Part shown: positions 17,443 through 28,195 of the stretch, one piece after another | Numbering within the stretch: the stretch's first letter is position 1 | How the letters are laid out: the number at the start of each line of letters is the position of its first letter | Assembly: GCA_023245035.1 (NCBI GenBank) | Contig: JAHFLD010000001.1 | Coordinates: 196,002 to 260,001, forward strand | DNA length: 64,000 nucleotides | Direction: 5' to 3' | DNA from: Candidatus Harrisonbacteria bacterium | Lineage (GTDB): Bacteria; Patescibacteriota; Minisyncoccia; UBA6257; 1-14-0-10-40-38 | The notes under the pieces: generated by a model | Database searches by the model: none | What the model saw: only the letters and a program-made list of their open reading frames with translations | Told to the model about the DNA's origin: nothing | Translations under genes and position numbers: made by a program

Positions 17443-18999
17443 ATGAAACAAATCATCGAAATCGGCCCCGATCGTCGTCTCACCGCCGAGATTGTAAAAC
17501 TGGTCGCCGAAGATCCAAAAGTTGAAGTCGCGCTCACCAAGCGCGCCAAAAATAAAATCACCGCCTCCCGCAAAGTGGTGGAAAAAATCGTCAAAGAAAA
17601 AATGGTGGTCTATGGAGTTTCCACCGGCTTCGGCAAGTTCAAAGACAAGGCGATTAACGAAAAAGACACCGCCGAATTGCAGAGCAACTTAATTCGCAGT
17701 CACGCGACCGGTGTCGGCGCCCCGCTGTCCGCGGAACTTGTCCGCGCTATTATGCTGGTGCGTCTCAACTCGCTCTCCCAAGGTTATTCCGGTGTTCGTC
17801 TGGAGCTGGTGGAGACCGGACTTAAAATACTCAACTCTGGTGTCATTCCCGTAGTGCCCGCGCAAGGATCGGTTGGCGCTTCGGGAGATTTGGCGCCGCT
17901 CTCGCACCTTGGTTTGGTGCTGATGGGCGAGGGCGAAGCTTGGTTTGGCGGCGAACGCTTGCCTGGCGGGGAGGCCATGTCTCGCGCCGGAATCAAGCCG
18001 ATTATCTTCTCCTCTAAAGAAGGTCTGGCCTGGACCAACGGCACCGCTTTTATGACTGGCATCGCCTCGCTGGCGTTTGAAAAAGCCAAGCACCTGCTAG
18101 ATGTTGCCGACATCGCTTGCGCCTTAACTTTAGAGGGAGTCGCCGGAATCCCAACCGCCTTTGACGAGCGCATTCACCAGCTCCGCGAGCATCCGGGGCA
18201 AATCAAGGTTGCCGAGCACATCCGTGCCCTAACCAAAAATTCCAAATTGGTTAACAAGTTTCCGCAAAGGATTCAGGACTCCTACACGCTCCGTTGCGCT
18301 CCCCAAGTTCACGGCGCGGTGCGCGACGCCGTCTCCTATGTTGAAAAAGTTTTGGAACGCGAACTGCGCGCCGTCACCGACAATCCGTTGATTTTTAACG
18401 AACCGCCCTATGCTCTTTCCGGTGGCAATTTTCACGGCCAGCCGCTTTCAATTTCTATGGATGTCCTCAAAATTGCCATCTCGGGATTGGGTAATATCTC
18501 CGAACGCCGAACCGCCAAACTGGTAGACTCGGCGACTAACGAAGGTTTGCCGCTCTTCCTGATTCCCAAAGAAAAAGCCGGACTGCACAACGGCTTTATG
18601 ATTCCGCAATATACCGCCGCCGCCCTCGTCTCGGAAAATAAGATTCTTTCTCATCCCGCCTCGGTTGATTCCATTCCGACCTCCGCTAACCAAGAGGATC
18701 ATGTAAGCATGGGTTCCATCGCCGCCCGCAAGGCGCTCGAAGTTGTGCAAAACGCGGAGAACATTCTGGCGATTGAACTTCTAACCGCCGCCCAAGCCGT
18801 GGAATTCCGCGACCCGCAAAAACTGGGGCAGGGAACTAAAAAAGCCTACAAAATTATCCGAGCTAAAGTTGCCCCGCTGACCCACGACCGCGTCTTGCAT
18901 TATGATATAGTAGCCGTACAGCAAATAATCGCCGGCAAAAAGCTGGCCAAGATTTTGGAAAATCAAACCGCTAATGGAGCCAAAAAAAGCCGAAACTAA
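17443..18999 (+). CDS. hutH: histidine ammonia-lyase (aromatic amino acid lyase family)
   Basis: MIO-forming 'GSVGASGDLAPLSHL' signature and family-wide similarity. Confidence 0.85.
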   Translation: MKQIIEIGPDRRLTAEIVKLVAEDPKVEVALTKRAKNKITASRKVVEKIVKEKMVVYGVSTGFGKFKDKAINEKDTAELQSNLIRSHATGVGAPLSAELVRAIMLVRLNSLSQGYSGVRLELVETGLKILNSGVIPVVPAQGSVGASGDLAPLSHLGLVLMGEGEAWFGGERLPGGEAMSRAGIKPIIFSSKEGLAWTNGTAFMTGIASLAFEKAKHLLDVADIACALTLEGVAGIPTAFDERIHQLREHPGQIKVAEHIRALTKNSKLVNKFPQRIQDSYTLRCAPQVHGAVRDAVSYVEKVLERELRAVTDNPLIFNEPPYALSGGNFHGQPLSISMDVLKIAISGLGNISERRTAKLVDSATNEGLPLFLIPKEKAGLHNGFMIPQYTAAALVSENKILSHPASVDSIPTSANQEDHVSMGSIAARKALEVVQNAENILAIELLTAAQAVEFRDPQKLGQGTKKAYKIIRAKVAPLTHDRVLHYDIVAVQQIIAGKKLAKILENQTANGAKKSRN

Positions 19000-20134
19000 A
19001 ACCGAAAAAATACTTCAGCAACTCATTTCCATTCCGAGCTATGTTGATCAAAAAACCGATGAAGGAAAAATCGGCGATTTTGTCTGCGACTATCTCGCCC
19101 GCTTTTCGCATCTTCGAATAGAAAGGCAAAACCTCGGCGGACAAAGAGCTAACATCATCGTTCGCACGCCGGGCATTCCCAATCTTCTCATCGCCGCCCA
19201 CTTGGACACCGTGGAACCAAAAACCGGCTGGGCTAGTGATCAGTTTTTGCCGCAAATAAACAATGACAAGTTATACGGCCTGGGCGCGGTAGACACCAAG
19301 GGAGGCATTGCCGCCTTGCTTGTAGCGCTCGGCGAAGCCGAATCCGCCAGCGGAGTCACGGCTCTTTTTTACTGCGACGAAGAATATCACTTTGCCGGAA
19401 TGAAGCATTTTTTGGCGAACGAACCAAAATCCTCTTACACTTTAGCTATCGTAACCGAACCGACCGATCTAAAAATCTGGAACGCGCACCGCGGTCTGAT
19501 TCAAGTCCGCCTCATAGTTCGCGGAAAAACCGGTCACGCGGCCAATCCAGAGAGCGGTATCAACGCCATTAAAGGACTTGCGAATGTTCTGCGAGCGGTT
19601 GAGCACTCGCTCAAAAAATGGAAGACCAGAGAATTAAAACAATCAACCATGAATCTTGCTTTTATGCGAGGCGGTCTTGATCGTGGCGCGCGCGACGACC
19701 GGGGCGAAACCATCCTCGGTTCAATGGGCAATAACATCGCCGACTACGCCGAAGCGGTAGTCGAAGTCCGGTCAGCGAACTCAAAGCTCAACGGTCAAAA
19801 ATTGAGCGAGTTGTTGCATCAAGCCTGCGCCAAAGAAAATCTAAAAATAGAAAAAATACAAATCGAACTAGATCTCCAAGCCCTGGTGACGGAAAAAAAG
19901 AAACTGCGCCCCCTGGAATTATTGCTGAAAAATTCCGGAATAAAAGTTTCCTATCTTGATCCGGCAAAAAAGGGCTACAGCGACGGCCAGCTGATTTCCG
20001 AAAAATGGAACCTGCCCGTGGCCTATCTTGGGCCAAGTGGTGGCAATATGCACGGAGTAAATGAATGGGTCAGTCTGGATTCTTTGCGCTTGCTGGGGGA
20101 TTTCTACCGAGTCTTGCTCAAAAGACCGGAATAA
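18974..20134 (+). CDS. M20 family metallopeptidase (ArgE/DapE/dipeptidase-like)
   Basis: M20 metal-ligand regions 'LIAAHLDTVEP' and 'GAVDTKGG'. 26-nt overlap with hutH. Confidence 0.65.
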   Translation: MEPKKAETKTEKILQQLISIPSYVDQKTDEGKIGDFVCDYLARFSHLRIERQNLGGQRANIIVRTPGIPNLLIAAHLDTVEPKTGWASDQFLPQINNDKLYGLGAVDTKGGIAALLVALGEAESASGVTALFYCDEEYHFAGMKHFLANEPKSSYTLAIVTEPTDLKIWNAHRGLIQVRLIVRGKTGHAANPESGINAIKGLANVLRAVEHSLKKWKTRELKQSTMNLAFMRGGLDRGARDDRGETILGSMGNNIADYAEAVVEVRSANSKLNGQKLSELLHQACAKENLKIEKIQIELDLQALVTEKKKLRPLELLLKNSGIKVSYLDPAKKGYSDGQLISEKWNLPVAYLGPSGGNMHGVNEWVSLDSLRLLGDFYRVLLKRPE

Positions 20135-20181
20135 TCTAGAATCCCAAATGTTCGCTGTGTCCTTTAACAAAGGAGGCGGTT

Positions 20182-20844
20182 GTGTTGCAGAACTCGATTG
20201 AATTTGTCCGGTGCAACGGTTCCAAAAGTCTGGCTCCGGAGCTCATGGCGCAATTGTTTGATTGTTATCCGCCAATTTACGCCGAAGCTCCCTGGTTTGA
20301 ATGGAAGAAGTGCTCGGTGTGCAAACGGCAATGGGGGACGGTTCATCAAGAAGAACTGGCCCTAACCGACTTCATGCATTGCGGTGAGCCGCTGGTTGAA
20401 TTTTGGCCTAGAGCGACCGTTGAAAGCGACCTCAAAGAAGCGATGGATGCAAGCGGTGCTTCGTTCTGGCTCGCCCTTCAAGGGAATCGTTTGGTTGGCT
20501 TCTGCTATGGCTACGCCAAAACCCCCGAAAAACTGGAAGAGCAAATGGAGCGCCCCGGCTTGGCGCTAGCAGTCAAAGAAAAATTTGGCGCCTCGGTAAG
20601 ATACGTGGCCTATCAAGCGGACATCGCGCTCATTCCCGAATTTCGCGGTCGACATTTGGCAAGCCAGATGTTTGAACTGCGCCGCAAGGATTTTCTCGCT
20701 CAAGGGATGCAGATCGGCGTAGTCCGGGTCAAGATGGATCCGCCGAGCGTTACCTATCTCTGGTATACCACCAAGCTCGGTTACGAAGTCATTAGCGAAT
20801 ACCATGATGCCGGCAAGCGCGTTCTCCTCGCTCGAAGTCTGTAG
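20182..20844 (+). CDS. hypothetical protein, possibly GNAT-type acetyltransferase
   Basis: GTG start with strong SD AAAGGAGG 7 nt upstream. 'VAYQADIALIPEFRGRHLASQMF' resembles GNAT motif A. Confidence 0.4.
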   Translation: MLQNSIEFVRCNGSKSLAPELMAQLFDCYPPIYAEAPWFEWKKCSVCKRQWGTVHQEELALTDFMHCGEPLVEFWPRATVESDLKEAMDASGASFWLALQGNRLVGFCYGYAKTPEKLEEQMERPGLALAVKEKFGASVRYVAYQADIALIPEFRGRHLASQMFELRRKDFLAQGMQIGVVRVKMDPPSVTYLWYTTKLGYEVISEYHDAGKRVLLARSL

Positions 20845-20858
20845 TTCTCAACCACGAC

Positions 20859-20886
20859 GGCGCCCCTCGGCGCCGTTTTATATTTT
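20859..20886 (+). terminator. intrinsic terminator
   Basis: GGCGCC-CCTC-GGCGCC hairpin followed by GTTTTATATTTT. Confidence 0.6.
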
Positions 20887-20935
20887 AATCAAAGGAGTTA
20901 GTATCTAAATAGATTCCCCAGTAGTTTCATTTTCA

Positions 20936-22243
20936 ATGACTAATTCGCTAAGTATCATGGGCGGCAAGCCTCTTCGGGGCCAAGTAATCGTTCGTGGCGC
21001 CAAAAACGCGGTTGCCAAAGAAATGGTGGCCGCGCTCTTAACCGCGGAGACCTGTCTGCTCAAAAATGTTTCAAACGTGCAAGATACCGAAATTGTCGCG
21101 AGTATGATTCAAGCCATGGGCGGAGAGGTGAGCCCGAAAGGGGACGGAGTTCTGGCGATCAAGGCCGCCAAACTCCATTCCGTCCACTACCGCGAGCTCA
21201 AACACATCGCCGGCAAAAGCCGGATTCCAATTCTTTTCGCCGGCCCGCTTCTCGCGCGTTTTGGCGAGGCCATGCTTCCCGAGTTGGGCGGTTGCGGCAT
21301 CGGCGAACGGCCGATTAACTTTCATCTGGACGCTTTGCAAAAAATGGGCGCCACGATAGAAATGATCCCGAAAGGCGTGCATCTTAAGGCCAAAAAACTC
21401 ATCGGCGCCAAAATTCATCTGCAGTTTTCAAGCGTCGGCGCGACCGAGCAGGTCTTGCTCGCCGGAGTTCTGGCCGAAGGAGTAACCACGCTCACTAACG
21501 CCGCTATTGAACCCGAGATTTTAGACTTAATCGCGGTTCTGCAAAAAATGGGCGCGATTATCTCGGTTGATACCGATCGAGTCATCACAATTACCGGCGT
21601 CAAAGAACTCAAAGCCTACGAGCACTCCACGATTCCCGATCGCAACGAAACCGTCTCCTGGGCCTGCGCCGCCGCCGCTACCAACGGAAAAATTAAGATC
21701 AAAAACGCCCGCCAAACCGACATCATGACTTTTTTAAACGTCTTCCGTCTGGTGGGTGGGGAATTCGAGGTCGCGGACGATGGCATAACCTTCTTCCGCG
21801 GAGCCGAAGGGTTAAAACCCATCACGCTCGAAACCGGCGTCCACCCGGGCTTTATGACCGACTGGCAACAGCCGATGACTATCTTGCTCACTCAAGCGAA
21901 CGGCACTTCTATCATCCACGAGACGGTCTACGAAGAGCGCTTTGGCTATATTCACGCGCTCAACCAGATGGGCGCAAAAATTAAACTTCACACCGAATGT
22001 CTTGGTGGCAAACTTTGTCGCTACTCGCAAAGGGGCTACCAACATAGCGCCATCATCACCGGCCCGACACCCCTCCACTCGGCGAATATCGAAGTTCCCG
22101 ACCTCCGCGCCGGATTTTCCTACGTGGTCGCCGCGCTCGTCGCCAACGGAACTTCAACCATCGGCAATATCGGCCTCATCAACCGCGGCTACGAAAACTT
22201 TGTGGAAAAATTATTGTTGCTTGGAGCGGAAGTCACGGAGTAG
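20936..22243 (+). CDS. murA: UDP-N-acetylglucosamine 1-carboxyvinyltransferase
   Basis: EPSP-synthase fold with MurA-like 'KLIGAKIHLQFSSVGATE' and 'CGIGERPINFHLDAL' (active-site Cys region). About 435 aa. Confidence 0.85.
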   Translation: MTNSLSIMGGKPLRGQVIVRGAKNAVAKEMVAALLTAETCLLKNVSNVQDTEIVASMIQAMGGEVSPKGDGVLAIKAAKLHSVHYRELKHIAGKSRIPILFAGPLLARFGEAMLPELGGCGIGERPINFHLDALQKMGATIEMIPKGVHLKAKKLIGAKIHLQFSSVGATEQVLLAGVLAEGVTTLTNAAIEPEILDLIAVLQKMGAIISVDTDRVITITGVKELKAYEHSTIPDRNETVSWACAAAATNGKIKIKNARQTDIMTFLNVFRLVGGEFEVADDGITFFRGAEGLKPITLETGVHPGFMTDWQQPMTILLTQANGTSIIHETVYEERFGYIHALNQMGAKIKLHTECLGGKLCRYSQRGYQHSAIITGPTPLHSANIEVPDLRAGFSYVVAALVANGTSTIGNIGLINRGYENFVEKLLLLGAEVTE

Positions 22244-22327
22244 GGTAGAGCTGTCATCCCTGCGAAGGCAGGGATCTAGACCCAACCAATTTGCTTTTCT
22301 CTCGCGATTAGTATATACTGATTCCAT

Positions 22328-22981
22328 ATGAAAAAATCACTTTTAGTTGGAGCGACGGTCTTATTCACCGTTTTCGGTATTTTTTCTTTTGCCGGAGCGC
22401 AAGCGGTCAATGTACCAACCCTTGGTCAAATTTGGAGCGCGATTTTGCAATTAAGAAATGCCGTCGCCAATATTCAACTTACACCCGGGCCCCAAGGTGT
22501 CGCCGGCCCACAGGGCCCGCAAGGGATTCCAGGTCAGCAACTGCATTTATATGATGCGAACAACCAGGATTTGGGGGTGTTGGTGAATAGCGATCCGGAT
22601 TATGTAGGAAGAAAATTTACTTCATACCTCAGTCAGGAAGAAATTTTTCTTAAATTTGAACATCAGTATTCCAATTCTTTGGGGTTCTCTGTTAATCTCC
22701 CTCCCTCGGGGGGATCAGTTAAATATTCTCAACTAAATTGCCAAGGTCAGGCTTTTACAAGCTTTCCCGGGTACGTTCGTGGTGCTTTCTTCGTAAACAG
22801 CAACGGAGCTCACCATTTATTTAAATATATTTATGTATCCAATGTTTCATATGCGTCAACGCTGTCAGAGCTAGCACCATCAGGATGTGTAAATAGTGCA
22901 AACACAGATACGTCCTATCCAATTCAAGAAGTTCCCTTACCCTTCACCGAACCCCTCGTATATCCGCTTCATATCCAGTAA
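22328..22981 (+). CDS. hypothetical secreted protein with short collagen-like G-x-x tract
   Basis: Signal peptide 'LLVGATVLFTVFGIFSFAGAQA'. 'GPQGVAGPQGPQGIPGQQ'. Lies in an AT-rich segment. Confidence 0.45.
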   Translation: MKKSLLVGATVLFTVFGIFSFAGAQAVNVPTLGQIWSAILQLRNAVANIQLTPGPQGVAGPQGPQGIPGQQLHLYDANNQDLGVLVNSDPDYVGRKFTSYLSQEEIFLKFEHQYSNSLGFSVNLPPSGGSVKYSQLNCQGQAFTSFPGYVRGAFFVNSNGAHHLFKYIYVSNVSYASTLSELAPSGCVNSANTDTSYPIQEVPLPFTEPLVYPLHIQ

Positions 22982-22998
22982 CTCTAAAAACTAAAAAT

Positions 22999-23307
22999 AT
23001 GAAAGACTATTCGCTCGAAGATTTAGCAGATATTCGTAAAATCCTAAATGAAAAATATTTTAAGAACACAAATTATTTTTGCCAAGAAGTTAGCATTAAA
23101 GAAAGTATTATTCGGTCAATAAAAACTAAGCATGGAAATTATATAACAAGTTGCAAATTAATTACTGCATCTAAAGAAAATTATTTAAATGATATTTTTC
23201 ATTTTGTGAGTAAAATAAGCGTTGAATATGTTGCTCTACAACTCGCACATAAAATTTGGGCAAAAATTTATGGATCAAAGAAAAGTCAACTTTATAAAAA
23301 TCTTTAG
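22999..23307 (+). CDS. hypothetical protein
   Basis: ORF only. AT-rich. No motif. Confidence 0.25.
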   Translation: MKDYSLEDLADIRKILNEKYFKNTNYFCQEVSIKESIIRSIKTKHGNYITSCKLITASKENYLNDIFHFVSKISVEYVALQLAHKIWAKIYGSKKSQLYKNL

Positions 23308-23340
23308 GAAGAATCGTCTTCAAAAAAGACACACTAAATT

Positions 23341-23625
23341 ATGCAGATTTCATCTGGCAGTCCTGCCTCACCTGATAACGATGCCATTCGAGAACTTAGG
23401 GATGGCGTTAATAGATTGAACAAAACGATTGAGACCTCTAATAAGGTGAATGAAAAATTCACATTGATTCTTTTAACCGTTGCACTGTTTCAGCTTTTAG
23501 TACCTTTCTTTCTTGGGGGTGTAATCGATGCTTGGAAAGGAGTACTCGTTGAAGTTTTTTTATTCATTTTCCTGTATTTTGTAGTGGGCTTAAAACATAA
23601 AAATCGGAAAAGCGAAAAGTCATAA
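23341..23625 (+). CDS. hypothetical small membrane protein
   Basis: ORF with two predicted TM helices ('LILLTVALFQLLVPFFLGGVI', 'VFLFIFLYFVVGL'). Confidence 0.3.
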   Translation: MQISSGSPASPDNDAIRELRDGVNRLNKTIETSNKVNEKFTLILLTVALFQLLVPFFLGGVIDAWKGVLVEVFLFIFLYFVVGLKHKNRKSEKS

Positions 23626-23718
23626 TAAAATCATTCCATCGGTATTACATACAAGAGAACTTTTTATCATTATATTATTAGAATTTGATTAGAAATTGGT
23701 CATTGGATATTTCTCTTC

Positions 23719-24405
23719 TCATCCCCCTCCCATCCGCCTCCGTTTTTCAAACTCCGCAAGCGCCGCGGCAAACTGCTTCTCCTTAAAATCCGGCCACAAG
23801 TCACGGGTAAAATAAAACTCCGCGTCCGCCGTGTTCCACATCATAAACCCCGAACTCCAATGAGGTTCGCCTCCGGTGCGAATCACTAAATCCACCGGCG
23901 GAAGTTCTCCGGTCCACATCAATTTGCGCAAAACCTTTTCATTTACCGGTTGAGAAATTTTCCGCGCCTCGTTTATTGCGGCGAGCATTTCGCGCCGTCC
24001 GTCATAGGCCATCAGAAAAGTTAGGTGATGGCGGGAAAACTTTTTCGTTTTTTCCTGCAACTCATCAATCGTTTTTTTTAACTTGGCGGGAAAGTAGTCT
24101 CGCCACTCGCCGATAACCCGCACCCGCACCTGATTTTTAGTAATCGTTTCGCTGGTCAGCAAGTCGTTAAAATGCTCCAAAAAAAGTTTGAACAAAAAAC
24201 GCACCTCGTTAACGCTCCGCTTCAAAACATTGTCTCGCGAAGTGCCCCAGGCCGAAAGATAAGTAACACCCTGGGCAATCGCCTCGTCTAAAATAGTCCG
24301 CAAAGACCTTACCCCCTCGGTGTGGCCATCCGAATTCTTTAGCCCCTTCTCCTGTGCCCAACGGCGGTTACCGTCGGGAATAATGGCGATATGATGTGGG
24401 TGCAT
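23719..24405 (-). CDS. uppS: undecaprenyl diphosphate synthase (cis-prenyltransferase)
   Basis: 'HIAIIPDGNRRWA' N-terminal signature and 'DLVIRTGGE' region. Confidence 0.9.
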   Translation of the reverse strand: MHPHHIAIIPDGNRRWAQEKGLKNSDGHTEGVRSLRTILDEAIAQGVTYLSAWGTSRDNVLKRSVNEVRFLFKLFLEHFNDLLTSETITKNQVRVRVIGEWRDYFPAKLKKTIDELQEKTKKFSRHHLTFLMAYDGRREMLAAINEARKISQPVNEKVLRKLMWTGELPPVDLVIRTGGEPHWSSGFMMWNTADAEFYFTRDLWPDFKEKQFAAALAEFEKRRRMGGG

Positions 24406-24463
24406 AAGAAGTTAAACCGCCAGATATAAAAAAATGTTTACCCTCGACCCTCAACCCTAAACC

Positions 24464-24751
24464 TTGTACCCTAATTTTGTGCGCTACGAAAGACTAAGAA
24501 TCTACGGCCGGGTGCAAATGGTGCTTTTTCGCGATTCTACCCGGACTCGCGCCCAAAAACTTGGGCTAAAAGGCTTTGTTCGCAACCGCAAAGACGGCTC
24601 GGTGGAAATCTATGCCGCCGGAAGAGGCGAAGCCATAGAAAAACTCTTCGCCTGGGCCATGTCGGGCCCGCCCTTGGCGTCGGTCAAAAAATACGAACGG
24701 GACTCCTGTGAGCTCCCGCTCGTCTGCGATCGCTTTTACTTGGTTCTCTGA
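24464..24751 (+). CDS. acyP: acylphosphatase
   Basis: 'VQMVLFRDSTRTRAQKLGLKGFVRNRKDGSVEIYAAG' matches the acylphosphatase signatures (V.G.VQGV.FR and G.V.N..DGSV). Confidence 0.75.
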   Translation: MYPNFVRYERLRIYGRVQMVLFRDSTRTRAQKLGLKGFVRNRKDGSVEIYAAGRGEAIEKLFAWAMSGPPLASVKKYERDSCELPLVCDRFYLVL

Positions 24752-25053
24752 TTCCGCGATCCCGGAATACCGCCGGCTTTGACCACGGCGATCTTCTTGG
24801 CCTTGGCCGCTCGCCTACGTTCGGTCTTCTTTGGCGTTGCCACCACGGCAGCCGCTTTAACTCTTCGCGACTTGAACCGCTCCACCTTGCCGGCCGTATC
24901 AATCAGCTTTTCCGTTCCGGTATAGAAAGGATGGCACTGGGAGCAGATTTCCGTGCTTATCTTCTCCTTGGTAGAACCCACGACCAGCGTGGATCCGCAG
25001 GCGCAGATAACTTTGGCGTTCTCGTAATATGCTGGGTGGAGGTCTTTTTTCAT
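24736..25053 (-). CDS. rpmE: ribosomal protein L31 with ~35-aa Lys/Ala-rich C-terminal extension
   Basis: 'MKKDLHPAYYENAKVICACGSTLVVGSTKEKISTEICSQCHPFYTG' is canonical L31 with a CxxC...CxxH zinc motif. 105 aa versus the usual ~70. Confidence 0.85.
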   Translation of the reverse strand: MKKDLHPAYYENAKVICACGSTLVVGSTKEKISTEICSQCHPFYTGTEKLIDTAGKVERFKSRRVKAAAVVATPKKTERRRAAKAKKIAVVKAGGIPGSRNQRTK

Positions 25054-25207
25054 AGAGTCCTCATTATAACTATTTTTAGGTGCGGGTCAATAACCCCCGG
25101 TAATTAGGTTTCGGCTCATGGCGATTGGCGTCTGGGGTCAAATCCATCACTAAACGCTAACCGCTTATCACTAGCCACTAACCGCTCAACGCTAGACGCT
25201 TTTATGT

Positions 25208-25756
25208 ATGCTATACTGCTCTAAAATAAATCGTCGAAAATTGACTAAACTTAATCAAAATAAAAAAATGTTAAAAAAAATGTGGAGTTGCGAGTGCGGT
25301 TCAAAATGGAGTGGCGTGGGAATGATGATTTTGCGGGTCGTGGTCGGCTTGACCTTTGCCTTGCACGGCTGGCAAAAATTACAGGGAGGAGTTGAAGGTG
25401 TGGTCGGCTTTTTTAACCAGCTTGGAATTCCGGCCGCTGGTTTCTTTGGGCCATTTATCACTTGGCTGGAACTCCTGGGCGGTATCGCGCTTATCATCGG
25501 CGTCGGCGCTCATTGGGCCGCGAAATTGTTGGCCATTAATATGATTGTGGCGATTTTTACGGCGCACATCAGCAACGGATTTTTTGTGAACAAGGGGGGA
25601 GTGGAGTTGCCCTTGGTTCTGCTCGCGGCCCTTATCGCTATCATGTGCAATTCTTGGCATGGCAGTTTTTTCTGCTGTGGCAGTGCCTGCAAAAACGAGA
25701 AGCATAAGCACCAAGATCACGGTATGCCGGAAGGTGGAATGAATCACACCCACTAA
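25208..25756 (+). CDS. DoxX-family membrane protein with C-terminal Cys/His-rich tail; start uncertain (likely internal Met)
   Basis: 'MMILRVVVGLTFALHGWQKL' matches the DoxX N-terminal pattern. Tail 'CCGSACKNEKHKHQDHGMPEGGMNHTH'. Confidence 0.6.
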   Translation: MLYCSKINRRKLTKLNQNKKMLKKMWSCECGSKWSGVGMMILRVVVGLTFALHGWQKLQGGVEGVVGFFNQLGIPAAGFFGPFITWLELLGGIALIIGVGAHWAAKLLAINMIVAIFTAHISNGFFVNKGGVELPLVLLAALIAIMCNSWHGSFFCCGSACKNEKHKHQDHGMPEGGMNHTH

Positions 25757-25786
25757 CGGAATCTGGTCTTAATCTTGAATTTAAAA

Positions 25787-25813
25787 ATCCCCGCTTTTGC
25801 GGGGATTTTTATT
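25787..25813 (+). terminator. intrinsic terminator
   Basis: ATCCCCGC-TTTT-GCGGGGAT followed by TTTTATT. Confidence 0.7.
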
Positions 25814-25998
25814 AGGGGTTTTTATCCCAGGAAAACGTAGTCAGCCTCTTTTATTATTTAGAGCTAGAGCCTATTCATTTGAATGCAGTTTGAGGCGCGG
25901 GCGAGGAGCGGAATAAGCTGTACTTATTCAAGTACTGCGCCCGGCACCACAGCCCGCAACAAAAAAATGCGTCAAAGGATAGGCTCTATCGCCCCCTG

Positions 25999-26028
25999 TT
26001 GACACGCCAATACCTCTGCCCCTATAAT
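25999..26028 (+). promoter_or_regulatory. sigma70-type promoter for the 16S rRNA gene
   Basis: TTGACA, an 18-nt spacer, then TATAAT. About 185 nt upstream of the 16S 5' end. Confidence 0.6.
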
Positions 26029-26207
26029 GGTTTCTACCTGCCAGATACGGCCGGGCTGATTTCTTGGCCTTTGAAAAGTTAATCACCGATAATGAGTCAA
26101 AGATTTTATAGTTGTCCCAATGTTTAGAAGTTACTGATTTACGAATCGTGGCGAACTTGCGAATTTATTCGCATATTCGTACGCATTCGTATATTTGTAA
26201 TTTCATT

Positions 26208-27862
<1,655 letters not shown>

Positions 27863-28100
27863 AACTTACACTTTCTCACCTTGCTTCGGCAGGAGAAAAA
27901 GTGGAGTGTCGATCTATAAAAAAAGAAGGTGTTGACCGATGAACCTTAAGTCTCGGTCCGTCAGTCGCTTCGGCGACCGCGTAAGGTTTTAGATATTGAG
28001 ATGGCGCAAGCCGTCGCGATTTATAAGACTATTGGGGCAACTATAAAGTGTTTGGACTCAAATTAACGGTAAGCAACAATCAAAAATCGGTACAAGAAAA

Positions 28101-28130
28101 ACAGCCAAAACCACAGAGCTGTTTTTTTTG
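28101..28130 (+). terminator. possible terminator of rRNA transcript
   Basis: Weak hairpin ACAGC...GCTGT followed by T8. Confidence 0.4.
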
Positions 28131-28195
28131 TTATAATAATATGGTAGACATAAAAGAGCGCGGACAATCCCGTGCCAGGTAGTCTTGTATATCAA

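Noticed and set aside
24406-24463. Four ACCCT-containing direct repeats (ACCCTCG ACCCTCA ACCCTAA ... CCCTAA) in the divergent uppS/acyP intergenic region
   Set aside because: They are too short and degenerate to call a functional repeat. They could be promoter-associated, but there is no supporting signal.
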